Position numbers and translations under genes: made by a program. A model generated the notes under the pieces. The model was not told where the DNA came from, did no database searches, and was given only the letters and a program-made list of their open reading frames with translations. A stretch of DNA of 52,245 bases from NCBI GenBank assembly GCA_001773725.1, contig MEXP01000001.1:1-52245 (forward strand), in the 5' to 3' direction. The stretch is from Candidatus Amesbacteria bacterium RIFCSPLOWO2_01_FULL_49_25 (GTDB lineage: Bacteria; Patescibacteriota; Microgenomatia; CAZETR01; Amesbacteraceae). Position 1 is the first letter of the stretch; every line of letters starts with the position of its first letter. Of this stretch, positions 19,579-28,550 are shown piece by piece.

Positions 19579-19774
19579 GGAAAAAAAGCGCGCGGCCCGA
19601 GTGCTAAGCTGCGTTAATCACGCTCCTCGCGACTTGCGAAAGCGAAAGCATTTGAGCAACAAAGCGAGGTAAGGGATATACGCAACCTCGTTGCGGATAT
19701 TCTACGGTAAATTTACGGTAATTGCAACGCAAATACCGACCGACATATCTTCGATATGGCGGGCATAAAAAGCA

Positions 19775-20029
19775 ATGGCCAGCAAAAAATTCCATCTCGA
19801 GCTAGTCACCCAAATGCTCACTCTCTGCTCATCGGCATTTGGTTTAGTCGCCGCCCTGGCTTGGAATACCGTCGTTCAGACATTCATAAACGACTTTATC
19901 AAGCCCTTTTTACCCGCCGGCGGCTCACTCATCATTTCTCAGCTTATCTATGCAGCAGTCATCACCATCCTAGTCGTCACCATCACCCTCAGGCTCTCTC
20001 AAATCAAAGACAGTCTAGAATCCAAATAA
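19775..20029 (+). CDS. DUF5654-like small membrane protein
   Basis: SAFGLVAALAWN...YA..IT pattern. Confidence 0.8.
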   Translation: MASKKFHLELVTQMLTLCSSAFGLVAALAWNTVVQTFINDFIKPFLPAGGSLIISQLIYAAVITILVVTITLRLSQIKDSLESK

Positions 20030-20036
20030 CTTTGCT

Positions 20037-20597
20037 CTAGTACCCAGTTTTATCCAACCACTTTTTAAACTCCTTCAGCGCCTTAGACCTCATTGAATAT
20101 TTGTTTTTCTCCCCCATTGTCATCTCCCCAAAAGTCTTTTTGGAGCCCTTGGGTATGAAGATCGGATCCCAACCGAAACCCCCACCCCGAGGCTTCAGAG
20201 CAATGCTACCGATAGTTCTTCCTACAAACAAGTGATTATTCCCTTTTACATCCACATAAACGATCGTTGTCTGCGCGGTTGCATCCCTTTGCTCATCACT
20301 TTTCAACACCTCTAAAATTCCTTCATTTCCAAGCGCCTTCATGAATGCGTCTATGTATGTCCCCGGTAATCCATTAATCGAGTCAATAAAAAGTGCCACA
20401 TCTTCAACAAACAATGACTTTTTAAGGCTGGACCAGTAACTTCGGGCTTTCTTTGTCGCCACTTCTATCGGGTCCAGAGACTGTATTTCGTCTATTTCAA
20501 GTGGAATCCCCACCACCTCAACGCCCAAGATTGTGCTCGCTTCTTTTAACTTCCCCTGGTTTGTAGTTGCAAAGTACATAGTCTCCTTTATTATCAT
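20037..20597 (-). CDS. Non-canonical purine NTP pyrophosphatase (Ham1/RdgB/ITPase family)
   Basis: FATTNQGK..E, GLPG.Y, FGWDPIF, KN..S.R. Confidence 0.92.
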   Translation of the reverse strand: MIIKETMYFATTNQGKLKEASTILGVEVVGIPLEIDEIQSLDPIEVATKKARSYWSSLKKSLFVEDVALFIDSINGLPGTYIDAFMKALGNEGILEVLKSDEQRDATAQTTIVYVDVKGNNHLFVGRTIGSIALKPRGGGFGWDPIFIPKGSKKTFGEMTMGEKNKYSMRSKALKEFKKWLDKTGY

Positions 20598-20608
20598 ATA
20601 GTATCATC

Positions 20609-22129
20609 GTGACCACCAAACCCGAAACCAACAACTTAGAAAGCCTAAAGGCAGATTTTTTTAAACTTCTCGACCCTGAGCATGGAACCAGCCGCATCAC
20701 CAAACTCCTTGCCCAATCGGAAAAAAACGGGTCATATTTACAAAAATGGTACGCCTTCAGCAAAAAAGCCCAAGACGTCTATCCCAGCCAAGGACTTCTC
20801 CAAACCCCCCATGACTACCTCGACTACCAAATGAGCCAGATACTTCCACAGGACATTTTGATCGAAACGCTAAGAATCAGAAGGTATTTTCTAGAAATTT
20901 TCAATCACCCATACCGACTAAATTTTTTAAATAAGGTCAGCCAATCAAAATTCATCGCTCCCCCCAAAATCATCTGCCAACCCATCGAAACCGCCATTAA
21001 CAACGGTTTATCGCTGGCCATCGGCGATCTTGGGGCCACCCCGGCCGGATCCCAAAATCCCAGAATCAGCCGCAGAGAAAGATATGCCCAAGGGCCCTTC
21101 ATCAAACTAGGCAAACAAGCCAGAGCCTTATTCATAGGCTCTTCGTCCCCGGACATTTGGAATAGCTCCGCCGCTATAGCCACTATGGCCGCCTCTCACT
21201 GTCTCGCCGCAATCCCCAGAAACGGCCTCCTTTCCGACATCAAAAGACAGTCGGATGTAGCCAAGGAAGTTTTTCAGTGGCTTGATGAAACCCAACACGA
21301 ACTCCTTGCCGATAGAAACGATAGGAAAGATATTGCTAAGTATTGGAAAAACAATGTCATGGGCACCCTGGAAGCATCCGAGGAAGAAGCCCTCAAAAGA
21401 GCCGATTCGTTAATAAAAACCGGAGTGAGTGTCTTTAGAATTTATTCTCCCGAACCAGGCACTGGAACGATCGACACCGTAAAAAAGCTACGTAAATACT
21501 TTGGCCATAAAATTGAGGTCTTTACCAGTTTTATTGTCGACGTTAATCAGGCCAAAAAAGCCCAAGAAGCCGGAGCGGATGGGATATTTGTGGGCATCGG
21601 GGGGGGTGGTAGATGCACGACTGGTGTCCGTAGCGGGAGTGCGATCGACTGGCCGGAACTCGTACACAAGCTGCGGGGTGAAATCGAGATCCCCATAATC
21701 GTTGAGGGCGGGGCAACCGATCACGTCGCGGTGTCCCTTCTCCTGGGAGCAAGTGGTATAAGCGTATCTCGGGCGGTCGCGGGTGGAACCATCGAATCGC
21801 CCGGTGGTGCCATGTTTCTATCCGATGCAAAAGGCAGACTATTCAAGCCTTACGGAGGCGAAGCGTCAGCTAGAGCCAAATTCATCGAAAAAAAACTCTT
21901 AGCTTTCAATATCCCCTCTTTCATCGAGGGTGAAACCGGCAATGCCTACTTGAACTTTAGTAAGCACCTCTTTCCCACACTCACGCTAAACTTACATACC
22001 CTCACAGAAGACGCCACCCTAGCCATGGTATTCAAAGGAGTAGCTAACATCCACGAATTACATGCCATCAATCCTTCTCCCCTGAGGCAAATAACCACCT
22101 TCGGTGATTTTCAAAGAAACTCACACTAA
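20609..22129 (+). CDS. Divergent IMP dehydrogenase/GMP reductase-family protein
   Basis: AGADGIFVGIGGGGRCTT, PIIVEGG, TIESPG, KPYGGEAS, EG motifs; atypical N-terminus. Confidence 0.72.
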   Translation: MTTKPETNNLESLKADFFKLLDPEHGTSRITKLLAQSEKNGSYLQKWYAFSKKAQDVYPSQGLLQTPHDYLDYQMSQILPQDILIETLRIRRYFLEIFNHPYRLNFLNKVSQSKFIAPPKIICQPIETAINNGLSLAIGDLGATPAGSQNPRISRRERYAQGPFIKLGKQARALFIGSSSPDIWNSSAAIATMAASHCLAAIPRNGLLSDIKRQSDVAKEVFQWLDETQHELLADRNDRKDIAKYWKNNVMGTLEASEEEALKRADSLIKTGVSVFRIYSPEPGTGTIDTVKKLRKYFGHKIEVFTSFIVDVNQAKKAQEAGADGIFVGIGGGGRCTTGVRSGSAIDWPELVHKLRGEIEIPIIVEGGATDHVAVSLLLGASGISVSRAVAGGTIESPGGAMFLSDAKGRLFKPYGGEASARAKFIEKKLLAFNIPSFIEGETGNAYLNFSKHLFPTLTLNLHTLTEDATLAMVFKGVANIHELHAINPSPLRQITTFGDFQRNSH

Positions 22130-22954
22130 TTACGCACCGGCCTGAAATACCCCCTCGGCCAAATCATCCGCGTTATATCCATACCCCACTTTTTCATACA
22201 ACCTCTCTGCGGTTTTTTTAACCAAAAAAGCCCCGGCGGCAGCAGCCAATAAGGGTGGATTTTTAGCCGCCAAGCCCACAATTACTCCCGCCAGCACATC
22301 CCCCGTCCCCCCCTTAGTCAATCCGGCGTTTCCTCCAGTTATCTCATAAGTCGTCTCCCCGTCACTTACATACGCCACCGGGCCTTTATACACAATAACG
22401 CAGTTAAATTTTTCGGAAATTGTTTGTAAATTGCCGGCCCTGAGCGAAGTCGAAGGGGAAATTAAAAATTGTAAATTAAAAAGCATCTCATACTCCTTGC
22501 GGTTCGGAGTAAGTATCGCTCCCTTTGGAATCCACTCCTTATCCATCACCTGCAAACTGCCCCCGTCAATCACCCACCTCTTGTCAGGAAATTTTTTCAA
22601 TAAATTTTCTGTCACCTCTTTTGTTTCATCTCCTCCTCCATCTCCGATCTCCCTCCTATACCTCATCATTCCCGGTCCGATCAAAATAGCATCGGACTTA
22701 TTTATATACTCCCCAACTTCCTCCCACGGCACCCACACAAACGAATTCAACTTGGCCACTTTTTCCAAATCCCGTTCCGGACTGGCAAAAAATACCATAT
22801 CCACCAATCTCGAAGCCCCCTTGACCGCCAACATCGGTGCGCCATGAAATAGACTCGACCCCCCAATAATAGTCACCTGACCGTTATCCTCCCCATCCGA
22901 ATCCTCCCTCGGCCTCCACAATTTCTTCAAATCGTCGACAGCAAATGTTTTCAT
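22130..22954 (-). CDS. nnrD: NAD(P)H-hydrate dehydratase (YjeF C-terminal)
   Basis: G.V.IIGGS..FHGAP, IGPGM, LTPN..E, GGTGDVLAG. Confidence 0.9.
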   Translation of the reverse strand: MKTFAVDDLKKLWRPREDSDGEDNGQVTIIGGSSLFHGAPMLAVKGASRLVDMVFFASPERDLEKVAKLNSFVWVPWEEVGEYINKSDAILIGPGMMRYRREIGDGGGDETKEVTENLLKKFPDKRWVIDGGSLQVMDKEWIPKGAILTPNRKEYEMLFNLQFLISPSTSLRAGNLQTISEKFNCVIVYKGPVAYVSDGETTYEITGGNAGLTKGGTGDVLAGVIVGLAAKNPPLLAAAAGAFLVKKTAERLYEKVGYGYNADDLAEGVFQAGA

Positions 22955-23062
22955 ACAACGGAGCAGATGTGACCGCTAATTCGCGCGCAGCCGGACGCCG
23001 TCCCGAGCGAAGTCGAGGGGCAGGCAGTCGAACACGTATTTGCGCACATCGAACCGCGGCGA

Positions 23063-24082
23063 TTACATTCGAATTATAGTCCAATCTTTCTCAACTGGCA
23101 CTAAATGCTCGTCCGCACTCGTTATCACCACCTGCCCCGGGTATTTTTTCACAAACTCCACCACCTCCCCCCGATGTTTATGATCCAACTCTGAAAATAT
23201 ATCATCAAGTAACAACACTGGCTCACCACCAAGATATTTCATTTCGCATTGTTTCAGCCACCATACCGCCATTCTCTGCTCGCCCCGGCTCCCGTATTTG
23301 CTTACATCCCTCTTATACTCTCCCGCTCTCCCGCTCTTATACTCTAATATAAAGTCGTCTCTATGCGGCCCCACCAATGTCGCCCCCGCCGCCACTTCTT
23401 CCTGTTCATATTGCCCCAATCTCGACTCAGAAATAACACTTTTGTCATAGACAAACCCCGTCACCGCCAAAAACTCGCCTCTCTTTAAGCTCATATATTC
23501 GCCATTCTTAATCAGCAGCTTGTCCCAAAAATACAACTGGTTCCTGGTCGCCAAATTATCCCGGATCAAATCCAAAAGTTTATTTCTCTGTCTCACCCCT
23601 TTTTCATAGCTAATCAGGCTTCTCCTGTATTCCCTGTCCGCTTGGGAAATCACAAAGTCCAAATATCGTCGCCGGATAGATGGGCTTCCCGTCACCAATT
23701 CCATGTCCCCCGGCCCAAACATTACAGCTCTCATCAAACCCACAAAATCGACCTGTCTTCTCGGAACCCCGTTTATTTCAAATCTTTTCCGATCAGTTAC
23801 AGTAATTTGAGCATCATAAATTTCGGAACTATTTGCTCGTGGAGCGCGATCTATTGATCGAAATTGAAAATTGAGAATTGAAAATTCGGTGTCATTTCTA
23901 ATCATTTCAGCGTCTCTCTCGGCCCTAAAACTCTTCCCCGTCGCCAGTAGATATATAGCTTCGACAAGATTACTCTTCCCGCTCCCATTCTCCCCCAACA
24001 CCAACGTTCTTCCCCCCAACTGGAAATCCGCCTTCTCATAGCTTCTGAAATTTCGCAGGCTAATCTTATTTAAACTTGACAT
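23063..24082 (-). CDS. recF: DNA replication/repair protein RecF
   Basis: NFRSY, GENGSGKSN, GPHRDD, SRGEQR, LLLDDIFSELD. Confidence 0.95.
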   Translation of the reverse strand: MSSLNKISLRNFRSYEKADFQLGGRTLVLGENGSGKSNLVEAIYLLATGKSFRAERDAEMIRNDTEFSILNFQFRSIDRAPRANSSEIYDAQITVTDRKRFEINGVPRRQVDFVGLMRAVMFGPGDMELVTGSPSIRRRYLDFVISQADREYRRSLISYEKGVRQRNKLLDLIRDNLATRNQLYFWDKLLIKNGEYMSLKRGEFLAVTGFVYDKSVISESRLGQYEQEEVAAGATLVGPHRDDFILEYKSGRAGEYKRDVSKYGSRGEQRMAVWWLKQCEMKYLGGEPVLLLDDIFSELDHKHRGEVVEFVKKYPGQVVITSADEHLVPVEKDWTIIRM

Positions 24083-24918
24083 TTAGGGCAATAATACGTT
24101 CCCCTTCCCCCCAACTCAAACTTATGCACAATTCCCCCATCCCCCCGTTTACATTCTTCCCCTTCCCGCCCATAAGTTCTGAAATGCTCCTGGTAATGCC
24201 CTCCCAGTCCGTGCAAATCAATATATTTCGCGTCCGCCGCCGTCGCCCCTCCATACCTAATCCCTTCTTTAAGAACTTTAACAACTCCCTTATACAACTC
24301 CGAATATTGCTTTGAAGTCAGCGTATTGACTCCCCGCCGCGGATTGACCTTGGCCTCCCACAACGCATCGTTCGCATAAATGTTACCTATCCCCGAAATC
24401 ACACCTTGATCCATCAAAACCAGCTTAATTGGTCTTTTGGATTTTGACACCAATTCGGTAAACTTCTTCTCGTCAATCTCAAACGGCTCCGGTCCCAGCT
24501 TTTCCACAAATTTAGGATTTATCTCCACCCACCCGAACAAACGTTGGTCATTAAAATACAACGTCCCTTTATCAAAATAAAATATCACCCTCGTATGACT
24601 ACTGGGCATTTTATTCAAAAAATCTTCGGTGGGGTGTCCACCCACCACTCTCTTATACTCTCCTGCTCTTATACTCTCCTGCTCATAGATTAATTGTCCG
24701 GTCATTTTAAAGTGAAATCCAAGTAATAAATCCATTCCGAAATCTATTAGCAATACTTTTCCCATTCTCTTTACATCTTTTACACTTTTATGTACTACGC
24801 TTTCGAGCTTCCCGTTAATCACTTTATGACTTAATATCTTAATCTCTTTACAAACCTGTCCCACCAGAACTTTCTCAAGTTGCAACCTCACCGTCTCAAT
24901 CTCAGGCAACTCCGGCAT
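24070..24918 (-). CDS. mutM: Formamidopyrimidine-DNA glycosylase
   Basis: MPELPE, GIGNIYA, C-terminal Zn finger. Confidence 0.96.
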   Translation of the reverse strand: MPELPEIETVRLQLEKVLVGQVCKEIKILSHKVINGKLESVVHKSVKDVKRMGKVLLIDFGMDLLLGFHFKMTGQLIYEQESIRAGEYKRVVGGHPTEDFLNKMPSSHTRVIFYFDKGTLYFNDQRLFGWVEINPKFVEKLGPEPFEIDEKKFTELVSKSKRPIKLVLMDQGVISGIGNIYANDALWEAKVNPRRGVNTLTSKQYSELYKGVVKVLKEGIRYGGATAADAKYIDLHGLGGHYQEHFRTYGREGEECKRGDGGIVHKFELGGRGTYYCPKCQV

Positions 24919-24921
24919 AAT

Positions 24922-25371
24922 TCAAATATAACTCTCGTTAACTTTAATGACATAGCCTATCACCTTCACTAATAAATGCAAACCCAACCCCAAAAAAACC
25001 AGCGCCGCCACCTCCCATATCGTCCATCGAACCACGGGCCAGCTCATCACCATCGTTCCAACCACCCAGTCAATCTGATCCCAAGGAAACCATGACTTGC
25101 CTGGAGCTATTCCCATTCTTCGCTTACAAAAACTTTTTACCAAATCTCCCATCAATGCCCCAAATCCGGACAACGCTCCAAGACCTCCCCCAACGATCCC
25201 CGCTATACCCACCCCAAACACCAACCCCCTCCACGTCTTATGACTCCCAAACAATATCCCATTTATCGGCCAATCCCATTTAGGCCACAACTTAGCCGCA
25301 AACACCGGGGCCATGTTCGCCACCCCCGCTACTCCCAAAAACCACAACATTTTTACAATTTCACTTCGCAT
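24922..25371 (-). CDS. CDP-archaeol synthase (CarS/DUF46)-like cytidylyltransferase
   Basis: ANMAPV, G.HKTWRG, GDL.KSF.KRR, DQ.D. Start uncertain. Confidence 0.85.
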   Translation of the reverse strand: MRSEIVKMLWFLGVAGVANMAPVFAAKLWPKWDWPINGILFGSHKTWRGLVFGVGIAGIVGGGLGALSGFGALMGDLVKSFCKRRMGIAPGKSWFPWDQIDWVVGTMVMSWPVVRWTIWEVAALVFLGLGLHLLVKVIGYVIKVNESYI

Positions 25372-25915
25372 CCAGTCTCCTTTGTAAATCCAAATCCAAA
25401 ATAACCAAATTCGCCACAAAACCCAACAAATTCACCCCAAAAATAATTTTCAGCACCCAGTCAAACCCTATTCCATATCCCAAAAACAAGACAATCCGCT
25501 TAAACCCCGGGTCAAATCCAGTCTTATCTCGCAAGACAGTCATCAATAAAATTGCCACCATTGCCAAAGCCGCCCACCTCCACCGGGCAAATCCACCCAA
25601 AACCAGCGCCCCAAACCACAATCCCTCACTAAATCTGTCTAGTACAACTTCTAGCCATTCCCCCCTCCTCGACTCCAAACCAAAAGCCCTGGCCACCAAA
25701 CCATCCAACCCGTCTAATACCAATGACACCGCCAAAAATGTCAAAGCCAGCTCAACCATCCCAAACCACACCAACCCAGCTCCTGTTACCCCTACTCCAA
25801 ATGACATTAGTGATATCTGATTCGGGGTCAACCCCAAATTCTTATGCAAAAACTTCGCCGCCGGAAAAAAGATTTTCCCTACTTCGAAGTTGACCACAGG
25901 AGCAAATTTATACAT
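25361..25915 (-). CDS. CDP-alcohol phosphatidyltransferase
   Basis: TPNQIS, DGLDGLVAR...G..L...LDR. Confidence 0.9.
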   Translation of the reverse strand: MYKFAPVVNFEVGKIFFPAAKFLHKNLGLTPNQISLMSFGVGVTGAGLVWFGMVELALTFLAVSLVLDGLDGLVARAFGLESRRGEWLEVVLDRFSEGLWFGALVLGGFARWRWAALAMVAILLMTVLRDKTGFDPGFKRIVLFLGYGIGFDWVLKIIFGVNLLGFVANLVILDLDLQRRLDAK

Positions 25916-26316
25916 CCAAACATTGCAGCCACCACTATTTCCTTAAGCTTATCAGACCGACCCAACCAAATCCCCTTCGTGACAAAACCGCTAAACGGCC
26001 AAAACGGCCGCTTTTCATAGCTCACCAAATAATCCAAAGTCATATGAGCCACAAAAAAAACACTTGGAACTGCCGACCTCACAGCTATTGAAAACGGCAC
26101 CACCCACAACAAAGACACCGGCTCCTGCAAACTCGTTCGCCAGTTATAGTGTTTCTTTCTCTTCCATCCGATTCTATTAATATACGCTGGAACTTTTACA
26201 GCATGATCCAAGTCAACGGCCACCCCAAACACATACGCCCACATCGCATCCAGCCCCTCAAGCCCCAATAATTGGACTCCAGCGGCCACCACTAATATGT
26301 GCGTGACAAAAGTCAT
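25879..26316 (-). CDS. Membrane-bound metal-dependent hydrolase (YdjM-like)
   Basis: N-terminal H, DLDH, H..LD, P.WPFS. Confidence 0.7.
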   Translation of the reverse strand: MTFVTHILVVAAGVQLLGLEGLDAMWAYVFGVAVDLDHAVKVPAYINRIGWKRKKHYNWRTSLQEPVSLLWVVPFSIAVRSAVPSVFFVAHMTLDYLVSYEKRPFWPFSGFVTKGIWLGRSDKLKEIVVAAMFGCINLLLWSTSK

Positions 26317-27416
26317 TCCATACTCCTTTCCACCAACTGCAACATCTCTTTTTTAAATCTTTCCTCCGAAAACCTCCCCGCCCATTTTTTAATTTCTGTC
26401 TCATTCCACTTTAGTTTATTAAAGTCTTTCATCGCCTTTCCCAACCCTTCCACGGAATAATCGTCAAACAATAATCCAGTCTTTTTATTTACCACCGTCT
26501 CTCTGTACCCCCCGCCATCAAAAGCAATTACCGGCGTTCCGCACGTCATTGCCTCAACGGGAGTTATCCCAAAATCCTCATTTTTCGCAAGCGCCAAAAA
26601 GGCCTTCGCCCCCGCCATCAACCTATACTTTTCTTCCTCACTCACCCTCCCCAAAAACTCAATATTAGAATAATTAGAGTAATTAGAAATTAGAAATTTA
26701 TTAGAGTACCCTGCTCTCTCCCCCGCAATTTTAAGTTCAAAGCCATATTTTCCGGCCGCCTCAATCGCTAGTTCCAACCCTTTCCCCCCCACAATCCTCG
26801 ACACTATCAAATAGTAATCTTTTCTCTTATATCCTCCCGCTCTTACACTCTTACATTCTACCGGCGGGTATATCACCACACACTCCCTCCTATAAAACTT
26901 CCTTATCCTACTCGCCACATTTTTAGAATTGGCCACGAATATATCTACCTTTTGCGCTTGTTCAAAATCATGCATTCGCAAAAAATGTCCCACTATCAAC
27001 GCATACACTCTCACTGGCCAATATCTTTGCCAGTTAATCGACGTCTCATATCCATACAGCCACCTCGGCGGGGTATGGCAATAACAAATTTCTTTAACTC
27101 CAAACCTTTTACCTAATCCTTTAGTTACATACCAGCTGGCCGAAGTAATTATCAGGTCATAGCCAGAAAAATCAAGGCTTCCCCAGATCCATGGGATCAA
27201 AAATCTCAGCGGACTATACAGCCGCTCATAAAACGGCAAGAGCCCAAACCAGGAAGTAATAACTTTTCTACCCTCAAAGGCCTTAGTCGCGCTCGACCCT
27301 GGTACCGTAAATGCGGTGTAAATCGGCGCTTCCGGCCATATCTTGGACAGCGCCTCAAGCACTTTCTCCGCCCCCCCGTACTCATTCAAATAGTCGTGGA
27401 CTAAAGCAACTTTCAC
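26313..27416 (-). CDS. Glycosyltransferase family 4
   Basis: VHDYL..YGGAE, EDFGITPVEAM..G.PV. Confidence 0.92.
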   Translation of the reverse strand: MKVALVHDYLNEYGGAEKVLEALSKIWPEAPIYTAFTVPGSSATKAFEGRKVITSWFGLLPFYERLYSPLRFLIPWIWGSLDFSGYDLIITSASWYVTKGLGKRFGVKEICYCHTPPRWLYGYETSINWQRYWPVRVYALIVGHFLRMHDFEQAQKVDIFVANSKNVASRIRKFYRRECVVIYPPVECKSVRAGGYKRKDYYLIVSRIVGGKGLELAIEAAGKYGFELKIAGERAGYSNKFLISNYSNYSNIEFLGRVSEEEKYRLMAGAKAFLALAKNEDFGITPVEAMTCGTPVIAFDGGGYRETVVNKKTGLLFDDYSVEGLGKAMKDFNKLKWNETEIKKWAGRFSEERFKKEMLQLVERSME

Positions 27417-28315
27417 GATTCAATCCTTTCAAACAAACTCCCTTGATTATCCACTTTTATTTCCTCACCCGTCATCCTTTTAACTAACGATTTATAACCC
27501 AACTCTTTAAAAACTTCTGCAATTTTATCAACGCTTGGCACTTCGTACGCAGAAACATCCAAAGTTACCGGTGCGTCCGTCCTGATCGTCGCCAGCCTCT
27601 TAGACAGTTCTCCCCCCTCGTAACCAGCAACTAGTTTTCGTCTTACTGATTCTTTTATCTTACCTAGGTTTTTAAAAATATTAGAATAATTAGAATAATT
27701 AGAAATCAGGTCAATTGCAGTCTTTGGCCCTATTCCAGTTACTCCCGGATAATTGTCCGAAGAATCCCCCACCAGTGCCTTGTAATCCACCACTTGCTCC
27801 GGCCAAACTCCCAATTTTTCTCTAACTCTATCTCTGTCTATTATCTGTCCATCAGACAGCCCCTTTTGCGGCATATACAACTTCACTCGATCATTTACCA
27901 GCTGCATCAAATCCCGATCCCCAGTAATAATAATCACTTCTTTTTTACACTGTTTTGCTAACGTCCCAATCACGTCGTCAGCCTCAAAACTGGGTATTGC
28001 ATATACGGGCACCCCCATCTTTTCCAAAACAATTTTCAACTTGTCCACCTGCCCCCAAATATCTTCACTTATTTGTCTATCCTTTTCCCTATTAGTCTGA
28101 TAGCCCACATACATCGTGTGTCGAAAAGTTGGTTCCGGACAATCAAACACCACCGCCGCATGTGTCGGTTTCAATTCCTCAATAGCTTTCAAAAGCATAG
28201 ACAAAAACCCATACACTCCCGCCGTCGCCTCCCCGCTCCTATTCCGCCAATCCGGCAGAGCGTAATACGCCCGATGCAGCACCGAATTCCCGTCCAATAT
28301 CAGCAACTTACTCAT
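27413..28315 (-). CDS. Stand-alone 5'-3' exonuclease (PolA N-terminal domain)
   Basis: LDGNS..HRAYYA, EADDVIGTL, TGDRD, GDSSDNYPGV.GIG.KTA. Confidence 0.93.
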   Translation of the reverse strand: MSKLLILDGNSVLHRAYYALPDWRNRSGEATAGVYGFLSMLLKAIEELKPTHAAVVFDCPEPTFRHTMYVGYQTNREKDRQISEDIWGQVDKLKIVLEKMGVPVYAIPSFEADDVIGTLAKQCKKEVIIITGDRDLMQLVNDRVKLYMPQKGLSDGQIIDRDRVREKLGVWPEQVVDYKALVGDSSDNYPGVTGIGPKTAIDLISNYSNYSNIFKNLGKIKESVRRKLVAGYEGGELSKRLATIRTDAPVTLDVSAYEVPSVDKIAEVFKELGYKSLVKRMTGEEIKVDNQGSLFERIES

Positions 28316-28550
28316 CACTCTGATTTTACTCTCAGCGGAAAAAAATCTCTCCCTCCCCTGCCTATCCACATATCAGGGTCGTTTATCTCTGCCCTTAACC
28401 CACAAATTACCGGAGCCATCACACATCCATCACGTACACATCCATATGCCAACCCAGTCGCCAGGGCATACTCCAGCAACCCTGGGTCAATCAACAATCG
28501 ATCCAGCCAACTACGTCTGCCCGCCTGAAACAAGTATTACAATGCATAAT

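Noticed and set aside
28315-28533. 72-aa ORF between ftsH and the exonuclease
   Set aside because: TTG start and no motif; cannot be supported or excluded.
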